A stretch of 62,080 nt of DNA, filler included, from Stramenopiles sp. TOSAG23-6 (GCA_900128565.1; 16 parts of 16 records of this genome joined end to end with filler, not necessarily neighbours in it); one strand, 5' to 3'. Counted from the first letter of the whole stretch, positions 36,821-49,159 are shown. The notes: a model not told the origin generated them from the letters alone. Numbers and translations: made by a program.

Positions 36821-38836
36821 TTATATTTTCATTAAATTAAGGTGATCACGAAACTCTTTTTCAGAAATAAAACCATCATTGTTTATGTCAAAATCCAGAA
36901 AATCGTCCTCGGTACCAAATCCAGCTTTTATAAACTCATTTTTAGATAACTTATCATCGTTGTTCAGATCTGCTGAGCTAAATTCAGCTTGGAATCGAAG
37001 ACCCGATATTGTCCTGGAATTTACAATAGGAGAAGTAGTTCCAAAANCCCCCGCCGCAATTTTTTGCCCAAACCTGCCAAATATTGATATTTTTTCATTA
37101 CTAGGTTTAGCCTTTGAAAATTGTTTCTTTGCAATAGGCTTAATGAATCGAATTCGTTGCAAATTGCCTGTTTTCATTGCTCTTGCTTGTGCATCTATAA
37201 GTTTAGATTGTACCTTGAGTAGCGACATTTCTGTTGTATTTATATTTCCAATGCTTGCTAAAACCATTCCTTCCACGGCACCTGCTTTTTCAATTGGTCC
37301 TGGATATCCTTGCACTGGAAAAAAACTACCAATTACAACTCCTTTACCAGGTAAAAGAATGAGGTTTATAGCAGCAGGCATAGTACCATCTAAGTCAACT
37401 ATCACTTCATTAGGCATAATTAATTTTTTATATTGTCGTATTTTGCGTTCTTTGTAATATATCTCTGTCCTTTTTGCAGATATCTTACGACGTGCTAGTT
37501 GTTTACGGAATAGGCCTTGAATAAGCGTCACTGAATCTATTTCTTGCACTCTAAATGCCGAAAGTGTCCACTGTTTCAGCAAACACTGTTTTTCCTTTTC
37601 CCACATTTTCTGGAATACTATTTTATCCTTGTTGAGAGAGCGCTCACGTTTCGACAATTTCTCACGCTTCAATCTAATCCTAGTAGCTTCCCGAAAATTG
37701 GCTTCTTCTATTTGTTTTACGTCTCTGACTAATTTTGAGAAGGGCTTCTCGATAGGTAAATCCCGGAATTCAAACCATGGGCCATCCACGTTGTTTGCAA
37801 AGCAGAAATCTAGAAATCCGGTTCGTAGTTGTTCTTCCGCATTTAAACAAAGCTTGGCAATAATTTTAGCGATAAAAGGACCCGCCACGCGGCCGTGCTT
37901 ATCTCTAAACCACCATTTAATAATATTAGTGGATTTAGTCGTACAACAAAACTGTGCAAATTCTTGTTGTAGCACACCTCGTCCTTTCATTTGTCGTTCC
38001 ATTTGTTTCTTCACTTTGATACAACGCTTTAATTCTACTTTTGCTTGTACTGTTTCACGGACAGCATGTTTAGCTTTATCTGCGAAATAGATATGTTTTT
38101 TCGACAATCTCTGAAGTTCATCTTCTGATTCCTTGCCATGGGCTTGCTCCCAAAATTCATGAGCAATTGATGCCTTTGCTGTATATCTTTTAGCCTCCAT
38201 CGTACGTCGTTTGACTTCTGTTTTCCAGCCATTAATTATTTCGTCTTGTTCATTATTAAATCTTGTTAAATCTTTCACATCTTCATCTGAAATATCAGAG
38301 TACGAATCATAATAATCATAGTCACTGTCTGAAGCCCCTTTGACACTTGCTGCCATTTGTCGAGTTTGCATTCTTTTATGTGCCATTTCAATATCTCTAT
38401 GTACTACTTTCTCCTGATGAGTATTCTGTGGTTGGTTGGGTTTCCTCTGTAGTAATCTCTTTTTTGCACCTTCGCCCCTATAACGACGAAATTTGACAGT
38501 AAATGGACGAGATGTCTTCCCAAGACGTGACTTTGTTACGTCTGTGCTACAATCTACACAAGAAATTCCCTCAATGCTTAATATTTCATCATGCANTTTC
38601 ACCCCGTTTCTTTCTGCTTGACCACCTGGTTGAAGCTTAGNCACCCAGCAACTACTAGTCGCAGNGTTTGCCTTTATTGCCATACCAAGAGAACCATCCG
38701 CAAATGTCACCGACAAAAGNTGTTTTGGGTTTTCTTTAATTGGTTGGTTGGGTTTCCTCTGTAGTAATCTCTTTTTTGCAGCTTCGCCCCTATAACGACG
38801 AAATTTGACAGTAAATGGACGAGATGTCTTCCCAAG
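36821..38836 (-). CDS. PDZ-repeat / GYF-like / IQ / EF-hand protein, 5' truncated inside a tandem PDZ repeat
   Basis: GSLGMAI..PGGQAERNGV; WWFRDKHGRVAGPF; IQGLFRKQLAR; DLNNDDKLSKNE, DINNDGFISEKE; 38431-38524 repeated at 38742-38836. Confidence 0.75.
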   Translation of the reverse strand, partial: LGKTSRPFTVKFRRYRGEAAKKRLLQRKPNQPIKENPKXLLSVTFADGSLGMAIKANXATSSCWVXKLQPGGQAERNGVKXHDEILSIEGISCVDCSTDVTKSRLGKTSRPFTVKFRRYRGEGAKKRLLQRKPNQPQNTHQEKVVHRDIEMAHKRMQTRQMAASVKGASDSDYDYYDSYSDISDEDVKDLTRFNNEQDEIINGWKTEVKRRTMEAKRYTAKASIAHEFWEQAHGKESEDELQRLSKKHIYFADKAKHAVRETVQAKVELKRCIKVKKQMERQMKGRGVLQQEFAQFCCTTKSTNIIKWWFRDKHGRVAGPFIAKIIAKLCLNAEEQLRTGFLDFCFANNVDGPWFEFRDLPIEKPFSKLVRDVKQIEEANFREATRIRLKREKLSKRERSLNKDKIVFQKMWEKEKQCLLKQWTLSAFRVQEIDSVTLIQGLFRKQLARRKISAKRTEIYYKERKIRQYKKLIMPNEVIVDLDGTMPAAINLILLPGKGVVIGSFFPVQGYPGPIEKAGAVEGMVLASIGNINTTEMSLLKVQSKLIDAQARAMKTGNLQRIRFIKPIAKKQFSKAKPSNEKISIFGRFGQKIAAGXFGTTSPIVNSRTISGLRFQAEFSSADLNNDDKLSKNEFIKAGFGTEDDFLDFDINNDGFISEKEFRDHLNLMKI

Positions 38837-38936
38837 NNNNNNNNNNNNNNNNNNNNNNNNNNNNNNNNNNNNNNNNNNNNTTAATTAATTAANNNNNNNN
38901 NNNNNNNNNNNNNNNNNNNNNNNNNNNNNNNNNNNN

Positions 38937-39854
38937 ATTAGATGATGATGAACTTGATTTTCGTTTTTTTCCACTACTACTACTACTACTACTACTATTT
39001 GATACTACATGTGGTACATTCTCATCATCATTAATATCATTAAATGGTTCCAACTTAACAGATAGTTTCGTTTCTTGTTCTTGAAATGTTTTTGTCAACT
39101 TTTTTAAACCATTCAAACGATCACTTTGTTCCTTTTGTGCTTCAATAGCTTCTTTATACTCTTTCTCAGCATCAGCAATAGCACTCTCTATTTTTTCCAT
39201 ATTCGTTTTTGCAGATTCAAGTCTTTTCTTTGCTGCTGATAATTTCTTTTTTGCCTTTTCAACTGCAATCTTAGCATTTTTTACTTTATTACTTTTTTCT
39301 TCTTTTTCAATCTTGCCTTCCAAAACAACAACGGATTCTTCATTGACTTTTCTCATTTCTTTTATTTTAGAAACTTCTTCATACGCTTTATCGGTTTTCT
39401 CTTTACATAACATGTATAATGTGCTCAAAGCAGATTCGACTTCCTTTGTAAAAGTTTTTTTATGTATAAACACAGGTTGCAACATATCCAAACTTGACTT
39501 TTGAAGGATGCACTCATCAGACTTTGTGACTAACTCTATTACCTGTGTAATAGCCTCAATGATATCTTTGGATTGTTTAGCCTGGATACATTTAAACAAT
39601 ATAGAGTCAACATTGTTTGTTTTCTTCGCTTGTTGTTCTTTCCACTCNATACATTGTGATTTACAANGAAAGTTTGTTACAAGGTTCGTGTGAGCCAACA
39701 CTTCGTTAGTTAAAGGCGAAGTATTTTTTGTATTAAAGTGTTGCACAATTGCAGTTCGTTCATACGTATGACCGTCCGCAGCAACAACTGGATCTTTAAA
39801 CAATGCACATGTTATAGGACAAATTAAATTTTCTGGTACATCATCATGTGGCAT
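38937..39854 (-). CDS. U-box and coiled-coil protein, 3' truncated
   Basis: VPENLICPITCALFKDPVVAADGHTYERTAI..SPLTNE. Confidence 0.92.
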
Positions 39855-40217
39855 TGTCTTACGCTATTATATATATGGGGAGAAATACAATTAAAAATTT
39901 GGTGCTCTCAAAATTCTTCTTCTTCTTCTGATCAATCATTTTTGACCGCGGTTCAAAACATCAAAAATCCAAAAACACCATTCATTTCATTTTCTGCGCG
40001 GTCATGTTGTTTTCACACGATACTCAACCGGGGTAAATATATTTATTCATTTTTATTACATTATACAGTTTGTTTTGTGTATTTACTTTGTTCACATTGG
40101 CATTGTTTAGGACTATATATTCCATTGTCTAATTGATTGCATTGGTACGAGACATCCATTTTATTTTGTCAATTGAATTGTATTTAAAAAGTTCAATCTT
40201 TGACAAGTCCAACCATC

Positions 40218-42522
40218 ATGGACGGAGTGTACGAAGGTGGTGAGTATCATACAGAACAATTACGTTGTTGTCAACGTTTAGGCCATTGGACAGAAGTAGA
40301 GGATGGTCCTGATGAAGGAACACGAGTTTTTATTCCTGGAGATGATAATGTTATAGGCGCTTTACGAGATATTCAAAGGTATCTCCGACGTGATAATCCA
40401 GCCCAACGTAATTTCTATCGAACTCTAGGTAAATGGAAAGTTGTCCAGACCAAGTTACTTCCTCTTGTATTACATCGTCGTGATGATCCAACTTTACTAT
40501 TTCAAGCAACAAAACTTTTAGTTATGGTAACCATGCCATTAACACCGGAACAAGATCAAGATGTTGAAAACGCATTTATTGAATCTGAATTATTGGTCGA
40601 ATATGTTGAAGCGTGTATATATTATTTTCATCATTTTTTTTTTTTCATTTTTTTTTTTCATAGAAAATTTCGTACCTAACCAATTTTTTTTTTTCAATTT
40701 TTTTTCACTCTATATGGCTTAAACAAGATATGATTGCTGTATTTTCTACAATGCTTGAAGGGCCTCTGTCTAGAATAGCTTCTCTTCACAATAATCCAAA
40801 TGCAAAAGTACCAAAACATGATCAAATGGTACTTGAATTGGTATTAACTTTATTTCGTAATTTACTGAATGTAGTCAATGTACAACGACATGTACGTTTT
40901 TCAAATTATTTTTTTTTTTTTCAAATTTTTTTTTAATACAAAATTTTGTACCTAAACAAAAAAACACAATTTTTTTTTTCAAAATTTTTTTTCAAAATTT
41001 TTTTTTAACCCATTTTGAATATTTTTATTTTTTTCACACAATACAGGCAGCAACAGCTTTGTCACATCGGTTAAATATACGTGAAAAATTAATTCAAAGA
41101 TACCACAAAGAAGATGTCATTAATTGTATTCTTTTATTTGTTGGTAATATTGACATACCTGCTTTAAAAGATTTCAATATGCTTGCGTTAGAATTAATGC
41201 ATTTATTATTTCGTGGTTTCGATCCTAAATTTCTCATTGAAATTCATAAATTACAAAATCCACAAAAAAATAAAAATGGTAAACATTCGAAATATGCACA
41301 ATCTCCATCAAGCTGTGCATATACAGTCAATGATCCAAATGATCCATTACATAAAAGTATGGTAGATGATAGAATTTTACAGAAATCAAAACGAAGTGCA
41401 ATGTATGTTTTATTTGTTTTTGATTTCTCAATATTTTGGGATATTTAGGGATATTTAGGGTTAGGGTTAGGGTTCTATATATATATTTTTTCATAGACAA
41501 TTTCATACCTAACGTTTTTTTTTTATTTTGTAAAATTCGTGTTTTTTCACAATATAGGAGTAGTCGACATTCACGATTTGGTGGTACGATGCGTATGAAA
41601 AGTGTTGGTGGCCAAAGTAGACGACAATTGGTTCATAACGCATGGAGTGATACATCAAGTAGTATGGATAAGACAGCAGCAGCGACGCGTGGAGCTTCAA
41701 AACAACAAAGGTTGATTCAATCTGAATGTGGAATTTCAGCTGATTTATTAGGATTTGGAAAAACTCCAAAAAAAAATTTTGCAGCAGTTTTGTGTGAAAC
41801 ATCAGAATTATTTATTGATACTTGTTATGGTCCATGTACTTTTGTAAATGTTTAATTTTTTTTCATTTTTTTTTTTCATTTTTTTTTTTCATTTTTTTAC
41901 AAAAAAGTTAAAATTTTTTTTTTTTTTCAAAATATTGTACCTAACAAAAAAATTTCATTTACAATATTTCTTCTCAGTCTATTAATCGCATCTCTACGTA
42001 AGGCATTTGCTACAAGTGAAGGGTATCTACCCAGTGATGAGTTATATTTACAACATTTAATTTGGTATTGTTCACGCTATCAGAGATATCGCTCTTTACA
42101 CGAAATCAAAATGTGGCAAAAAAAAAAAAAAAAAATGAAATTGAAAAATTCAGAAAAAAATGTCGGTTTTAATATTGGCACTTTGGGATGTACAATGCAA
42201 AAATGGATATTTAAGTGGTTAACTCGAGCATCTGAGAGATTTGGTGGTATTGGTGCAGATGAGAATAGATTGCATGTAGGTTAAAAATGTATCCTTTAAA
42301 AAAAATTGAAATTTTTTTTTCCTACGAAAATCTATACCTAACAAAAAAAAAAAAATGAAAAATTTAAAAAATATTTTTGTACAAATACATGTGTCTCCCG
42401 GTTCACTTGTTATAAGTGGTTGTGCACTCTCTGAAGTCATTATATTATTACAAGAAATGGTATACTCTACATGTGATACTGTTCGTGAAGCAGGTATGCG
42501 CTTACAAAAAGATGTTTTTTAT
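40218..42522 (+). CDS. TIMELESS: TIMELESS/Tof1 family protein, 3' truncated; introns 40615-40715, 40892-41046, 41403-41557, 41836-41982, 42276-42390
   Basis: LRDIQRYLRRD, LLVMVTMP, LTLFRNLL, SRHSRFGG, CYGPLIAS, QKDVFY. Confidence 0.88.
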
Positions 42523-42634
42523 GTACGTTTTTATTCTACTTTTGAATATAATTTTTTTTTTTTTTTTTTTTTTTTTTTGTAAAAAAAAAATTTTTCCTAA
42601 AAATTTTTTTTTTTTTTTAAAAATTTTTTCCCCA

Positions 42635-42665
<31 letters not shown>

Positions 42666-42868
42666 GGTAAAAAAAAAAATTTTTCCTAACAATTTTTTTT
42701 TTTCATAGTAAATTTNNNNNNNNNNNNNNNNNNNNNNNNNNNNNNNNNNNNNNNNNNNNTTAATTAATTAANNNNNNNNNNNNNNNNNNNNNNNNNNNNN
42801 NNNNNNNNNNNNNNNTTTGTACCTAACAAATTTAAGTTTTTTTTTTGAAATATTTTTCCAAAATACAT

Positions 42869-43390
42869 GGATCCAATTCATACCATCAAAATAATTCACA
42901 AGGTAATTATGGTAGTCGCCAATATCAATCAGGAGGACCTCCACCGTCAATGGCGTATCTTCAAAATCAACTTGCTGGAACACTAGACCGGTATCATCAT
43001 AATCATAACCCTAATTCAAATCAAAGAGAGCCAAATTATAATAGGAATAATGGTCCACCTCCGACTTCACAAAACTTTTCACATCAAGCACCACACCAAC
43101 AACAACAATATCGATTTGCAAATCAAAACTCTCAACATATGCGAAATAATGGATATGGTGGTGGTTATCATCAACAACAACAGCAACGTAAGTATCCACC
43201 TCCACAGAATTATCCTCCTCCGCCGCACAGCTTTAACCCTAACCCTAATATGTCTCGGTATAATAATCAGCAGCATAATCAAAATTATGGAGCACCTCAA
43301 GATTATCGGCAAGATTATCGTGGTGTACCAAAACATCAAAATGCTCAGCAATACTCTGGAAATGGCTATCATCAAAGGTATCAACGATAA
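42869..43390 (+). CDS. Terminal exon encoding a Q/N/Y/P-rich low-complexity tail
   Basis: Open frame after the element 3' end AAAATACAT; prion-like composition. Confidence 0.6.
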   Translation, partial: GSNSYHQNNSQGNYGSRQYQSGGPPPSMAYLQNQLAGTLDRYHHNHNPNSNQREPNYNRNNGPPPTSQNFSHQAPHQQQQYRFANQNSQHMRNNGYGGGYHQQQQQRKYPPPQNYPPPPHSFNPNPNMSRYNNQQHNQNYGAPQDYRQDYRGVPKHQNAQQYSGNGYHQRYQR

Positions 43391-43628
43391 AAACTCATAT
43401 AAATAGTATGAACATTTTTTTATATTTTTTGTATATAAATTGTATTAAAAGTTAAAAAACAAAAATTATCTTTTTATGACATTGTGTGGTTAAAACAAAA
43501 ACTTTAAAAACATTCCATATTGCAAGATTCTTTGCTATCGAGATAATTTCAAATTTTATTAAATTTTTTATTGTCTTGTCTTGTGTAAAAACATTTGTAA
43601 TATATTTTGAGCAATACATATTTATCTA

Positions 43629-45239
43629 TTATGGAAGAGCTCGTGGACTTAGTAAAGAGTTGAATTGTTTATCAGTCATTGGGCGTTTCATTTCATATAG
43701 CTGACGTAAAGCGGTGCGGAATGCAGCATCCAAAAGTTTTTTGCCTTCAACTTTATGTCGATTTAAATGAATCATTTCTAATATAAAGTTAGCTTTTTCA
43801 CTTTCTGAAATTAAAAGATCAACTGGATTTGGTGTATTCGTGTAGAGTAATAAGTTTCCCATGTATTCCGTGATATCCAAATCAGCTCCAAGAGCGAATG
43901 CAACTTTGGCAAAACTAAGTCTCTTTTCTGCCAATTCCAAATAATGAAGATTTTCACCGTGTTGTTTCATCTTCGATGCAATGTCTCTTTTACTTCGGCG
44001 TAAAGCTGTTGATGCTTTAACTAAATACTTGGCGTTTTTTTTTTCTCTTCGTCGTCTGAAATATTTTTCTACTCTCATTCGGTGTTTATTATATGGAGAC
44101 CCATATTCCGAAAAACAACCAAAAGACAAACAACATGTACTTAGCATTGTCAAAGTTCCAAGGACTATATCTACATCCGAATTTTTCTCAACTTTTGCCT
44201 TAGGAAAATATTTAGTATACTTTCCATCCCTTGAAGTAGACTCTATACATTTTCTTGAAAATTGGTTCCATTGAGACCATACTAAGTTGCCTCTAAAGCA
44301 TATTCTCTGCGCAACATTCAAAGCAGTGGCGTTCATCCAATGAGTGCATTTATATGTAGCGCTTGGCTTTTGTTCTCTGCTGACATTCTCTGGATATAAA
44401 TGAAACTTTTCACACTGACACAGAGTTATTTTTTTGATTCCATGTATCCGATGGATTTCAGATACACTCTTGCATTCTTGTAACTGTCCAATATCTGTCA
44501 AGAAAAAAGGATCAATAGACACTTCTTCATAATGAGCTTCTTTATCAACAAGATGCGTTAAATCCTTAGTCACCATTACCATTCCAAATGTCGGGAGAAT
44601 GTTTAAAAAGAAAAACCATAGCATACAAAAATAAATAGAAGGTAGACATGTTTCTCTATACCAGAGCTCCTTCAATTGATGAGACATCTTTATATCATCA
44701 TTTACGGGTCGCATTCCATAAAGGTTTTCATCAACTTTATTTCTTGCCGTCAAGTCTTTTTTTATTTTCTGTCGATATACTCCAGCTTTTTTATCTCTAT
44801 TTCGTTGAATTTTAGATTTTAAAGGTACTTTAGTGAGTTTCTCACTAGGTTCTTCATGTGTGTGATGTCCAGCTACCCATCCTCTCAGTACTTTAGTGAG
44901 TTCCTCCGTAGGTTCTTCATGAGTTTGATGTTCAGCTACTTCTCCCCTTGGGTCCACTACACTTTGTACGCGATACTTTTCTGGAATTTCTGTTATTCTT
45001 TCACCCCTGAGACCATTCTCTACATCTATATACTCCACCTCTTCTGTTGACGCTGGCTCTATTTCTATTTCTAGCTCAGGCTCTGGCTCTAAAAAATTTA
45101 ACACAACCGACGGCTGAAATGCTCCATCTTTAATATTTCTTTCAATATATGCTGCATGCGGAGGTCCTGCATGCAGAGGTTGAAATGTACAGACTATAAG
45201 AAATACGATATATATGATGCTACTACAAGACAAATTCAT
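43629..45239 (-). CDS. Hypothetical membrane protein with signal peptide and a short internal duplication, intronless
   Basis: 536-aa ORF; THEEPxExLTKV twice; two hydrophobic segments. Confidence 0.65.
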   Translation of the reverse strand: MNLSCSSIIYIVFLIVCTFQPLHAGPPHAAYIERNIKDGAFQPSVVLNFLEPEPELEIEIEPASTEEVEYIDVENGLRGERITEIPEKYRVQSVVDPRGEVAEHQTHEEPTEELTKVLRGWVAGHHTHEEPSEKLTKVPLKSKIQRNRDKKAGVYRQKIKKDLTARNKVDENLYGMRPVNDDIKMSHQLKELWYRETCLPSIYFCMLWFFFLNILPTFGMVMVTKDLTHLVDKEAHYEEVSIDPFFLTDIGQLQECKSVSEIHRIHGIKKITLCQCEKFHLYPENVSREQKPSATYKCTHWMNATALNVAQRICFRGNLVWSQWNQFSRKCIESTSRDGKYTKYFPKAKVEKNSDVDIVLGTLTMLSTCCLSFGCFSEYGSPYNKHRMRVEKYFRRRREKKNAKYLVKASTALRRSKRDIASKMKQHGENLHYLELAEKRLSFAKVAFALGADLDITEYMGNLLLYTNTPNPVDLLISESEKANFILEMIHLNRHKVEGKKLLDAAFRTALRQLYEMKRPMTDKQFNSLLSPRALP

Positions 45240-45518
45240 TTGAAAACTGATTTGTAATTGAGATACAACAAAGGCAGCCGTTTGAAAGAAATTATATTAA
45301 CTTTTAAAACTTTCAAAACACACCAAAAAAGAACGAGGACAGCACAGCGAAGACAGCGAATAGCAAAAATAGGTATCAAATTCAAATCATGTTGACCACG
45401 TTGACCGAGTTTTAATTAACCGTTATTATAACCGTTCGATATTGGAAAAAAAAAGTACAAAAATTTGTGTTCCATCCAAATTAAAAAGAGATCTGTTTTC
45501 GAGAAAATCTTTGTTCAT

Positions 45519-46594
45519 ATGAAAAGAATCATGATCACATCCATAATACTCATATTATATACATTCCGTTAATTGTTAGCTCTTATGCACCTTGTTTTCA
45601 GCGCTCAACAAACCGCACGGAGTTGATACTCAGTCCACGTCCACATCTCGCTGCAGGCTTTAACGTCACAAACTTACCGGTAGAGTTTGACTGGCGAAGT
45701 GAAGGACCTCCTGGTACAAATTATGTAACGATAACGCGTAATCAACATATTCCCAATTATTGTGGAGCTTGTTGGAGTTTTGCAGCAACGTCGTCTCTTT
45801 CCGATCGATATCGTATCAAGAATAAAGCGTCTTTTCCCCAGGTAGACTTATCCATGCAAGTCGTCCTTAACTGTGATAAAGATGACAACGGATGTCATGG
45901 TGGTGATCCAATATCAGCGTATGCTTGGATAAAACAAAATGGTGGTCTTCCAGATGAGACATGTCAACGATATTCTGCCACAGGACATGATCAAGGTAAC
46001 ACTTGTAAGCCCATTGACAACTGTCGAAATTGCTCACCTACTAAAGGTTGTTTTGCTGTACAATCGTATAAAAAATATCCGATTGATGAATATGGTAGTG
46101 TACATGGAACTATTCCAATGATGGCTGAAATTCATGCACGTGGTCCAATTTCATGTTCAATTTCAGTGACCAAGGAATTGGAAGCGTTCAAAGGAAGTGG
46201 TATATTCAAAGATACAACTGGAGCTACAGTTTTAGAACATTCCATTTCGGTCACTGGTTGGGGTCGTGACAAAAATGGTGTTGATTATTGGGTGATTCGT
46301 AACTCATGGGGTACATATTGGGGTGATCAAGGATGGTTTAAATTAGCAAAAGGGATCAATAATTTAGGTATTGAGACCGATTGTGCTTGGGCAAGTGTTG
46401 CTAATGATGGTCAGCCAGTAGACTATTTTGTTGACAATGATGATGAGCACGTAGAGAATATCGAACATGAAAAGCAATCTATTATTACTGCGTTGAATTC
46501 ATTTTTTCCATTGGATACAACAAATAACACAGAAAATAACAAAAATATTGAAAAAGATCTCATTGGGAGTAAAAAACAATCAAGTAAAGATTTT
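45519..46594 (+). CDS. Cathepsin Z/X-like papain protease, 3' truncated; apparent 1-nt frameshift in the signal peptide near 45567
   Basis: RNQHIPNYCGACW, HSISVTGWG, VIRNSWGTYWG. Confidence 0.92.
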
Positions 46595-46814
46595 NNNNNN
46601 NNNNNNNNNNNNNNNNNNNNNNNNNNNNNNNNNNNNNNTTAATTAATTAANNNNNNNNNNNNNNNNNNNNNNNNNNNNNNNNNNNNNNNNNNNNAATTTT
46701 GTACCTAAAAAAAAAATTCAAAATTAAAAAAAAAAAAAAGATTTTTTTTCTTAGGTACAAAATTTCGTACGAAAAAAAAATCAAAATTGAAAAAAAAAAA
46801 AAGAAAAAACATAC

Positions 46815-47846
46815 AGCAGTAAGTAAACTTTCAGAGCGTTGAGCTGCTTCATTATGAAAAACAAGATCAGGATGTACACAATCTACAATTGTCAATGCTT
46901 CTTCATTTGTAATATCTTCCATAGTGGTATGAGTCATCCATGAGATGTACTGTGAAAAAATATATACATAATTTTTTTTTAAATTTTCAAAAAATTTAAA
47001 AAAAAATTTAAAAAAAATTTAAAAAAAATTTAAAAAAAATTAAAATCATTAGGGTTAGGGTTATACCATACACAGATTTTCTAATTACTCTAGGTTTCTT
47101 CCATACAACATAACTTGCACCTGAACTTTTAGATCCATCAACACCAAGACAAAGTGATCGCATTAAGTAGTTACGGTTAGAGATTCGTTGTACCATTCCA
47201 AAAAAACTATTTATTTTTGAAAAATATTTCAAAAAAAAATTAAAAAAATTGTTAGGTACGAAATTTCCTACAAAAAAAAAAAAAAAAAAATTGAAAAAAA
47301 AAAACATACATCGATTCCCTTACCCCAATTAGCTGACATTGAGTATGGTTTTGCTCCAGCTAATGTGCAACGATTACGGATGAATAGACCGGCATCATAA
47401 CCAGCTTTGGCTTTTCCACCTTTGATTTCTCCAAAAGCAATGGTAAATGGTTTCGTATTCTTTGGTTTTTTCAATGCACGTTTCTCAGCTGCACGTTTTT
47501 TTGCAGCAATGGCATTTTGCGTTTCCGGGGATACTAGAAAAATAGTGACCCAACTATCATTGTCACAGTTACCATCATCACCACTCCAGAAGGGTGGTTC
47601 GTCTCCTGTAGTGCCCCAAGATGCCCAATCGTCGAAGTGATCAGACTGGTTACGTGCTACTATAGCAGCCGCGACTGCCTCTTCGCGAGTTGCGTGACTG
47701 GACAATGTCGTAGTGTCTGTCATTTCTTCTCGATCTTCTTCTGACATATTATAATTACAGCCATAGCTAGACGGACCTTCCGTGCAACGTAATAACCATT
47801 TGGTGGTAGTCATTGGGTCTGTCTCTTTTCTCTTGAGCGTTCCCAT
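46815..47846 (-). CDS. Hypothetical protein, 3' truncated; introns 47209-47309, 46945-47071
   Basis: Frame stays open only with ..AT 3' ends. Confidence 0.6.
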
Positions 47847-48264
47847 GCTTTCTTTTCTTCGTTAAGAGAGAAAACACTTTGCAAGAAAAAAAAAAGAGAC
47901 TCTCCAGATGACCAATTAGCAATAATTTCAGTGGGTCAGAAAATAATTGAAAATAATTGGTCATTTTTTTTGAGTCTCTTTACTTGTTAGGGTTAGGGTT
48001 GGGCGACTATGTACTACGACAAGTGTAATTAATAAACCACGAATTATCAATGATTTTTTTATTCATTTTGTTTGTCATACATTTTTATGATTTTATTTAC
48101 ATCACAAATTAGTCCAATCTTATTCAACATGTTTTCAATTTAAAATAATTTACAATACTTTTATTCAACTTATATTTATGAACAAAACTAAAGAATTAAA
48201 CAAAATTTATTTGGAATAAAAATATTCAAAAAATAAAAAAAAATGTAATTAAAAATTTACTGGA

Positions 48265-49159
48265 TTATCGAAATCTTTTCTTAATCTGATCACTAATCAT
48301 CTTCTTTGTATAATTCCTTGGATTTGGAATTTTTTGTGACATTACATCTGCCATTTGTTGATATGTTGGTCTTGGGCTCATATCATACAATTTTCTGAGA
48401 TTTTCTATTTCAATATCACTCCAAAGAGACTGTTTTTTTGTGACATCAAATCTTCTATGAATCTGTAAACTAATCATCTGCAATGTATAAATCCTTGGAT
48501 TTGGAATAATTTCTTGTGACATTATATCTATCATTTGTTGATATGTTGGTCTTGGACTCATATCATACAATTGTCTGAGCTTTTTTATTTCAATATCACT
48601 CCAACGAGACATTTTTGTGGCACCAAATCTTTTCTTAATCTGTATACCAATCATTTCACGTGTATAATTCCTTGGATTTGGAATAATTTCTTGTGACATA
48701 GTATCTGCCATTTGTTGATATGTTGGTCTTGGACTCATATCNNNNNNNNNNNNNNNNNNNNNNNNNNNNNNNNNNNNNNNNNNNNNNNNNNNNNNNNNNN
48801 NNNNNNNNNNNTCTATTAATCTGATGACTAATCATAGGACCTGTATAATTCCTTGGATTTGGAATAATTTCTTGTGACATTATATCTACCATTTGTTGAA
48901 CTGTTGGTCTTGGACTCATATCATACAATTTGCTGAGCTTTGAAATTTCAATATCACTCCAAAGAGCCTTTTTTTTTGTGACACCAAATCTTCTATTTAT
49001 CTGATTTCCAATCATAGGAATTGTATATTTCCTTGGATTTGGAATAATTTCTTGTGACATTATATCTACCATTTGTTGAAGTGTTGGTCTTGGACTCATA
49101 TCATACAATTTGCTGAGCTTTGTCAGTTCAACATCACTCCATCTTGTACACTTAACCAT
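48265..49159 (-). CDS. Protein of tandem ~60-aa helix-turn-helix/Myb-like repeats (internal gap)
   Basis: WSDIEIxKLxxLYDMSPRPTYQQMxDIMSQEIIPNPRxYTxxMIxxQIxRRF, at least 4-5 units of about 180 bp. Confidence 0.7.

Noticed and set aside
42289-42297. GTATCCTTT, a U12 donor consensus
   Set aside because: An in-frame TAA precedes it, so the intron must start at 42276; single occurrence.
42523-42715. Long poly-T/poly-A stretches at contig ends as poly(A) tails or retrocopies
   Set aside because: They are low-quality reads through the element's T-tracts.
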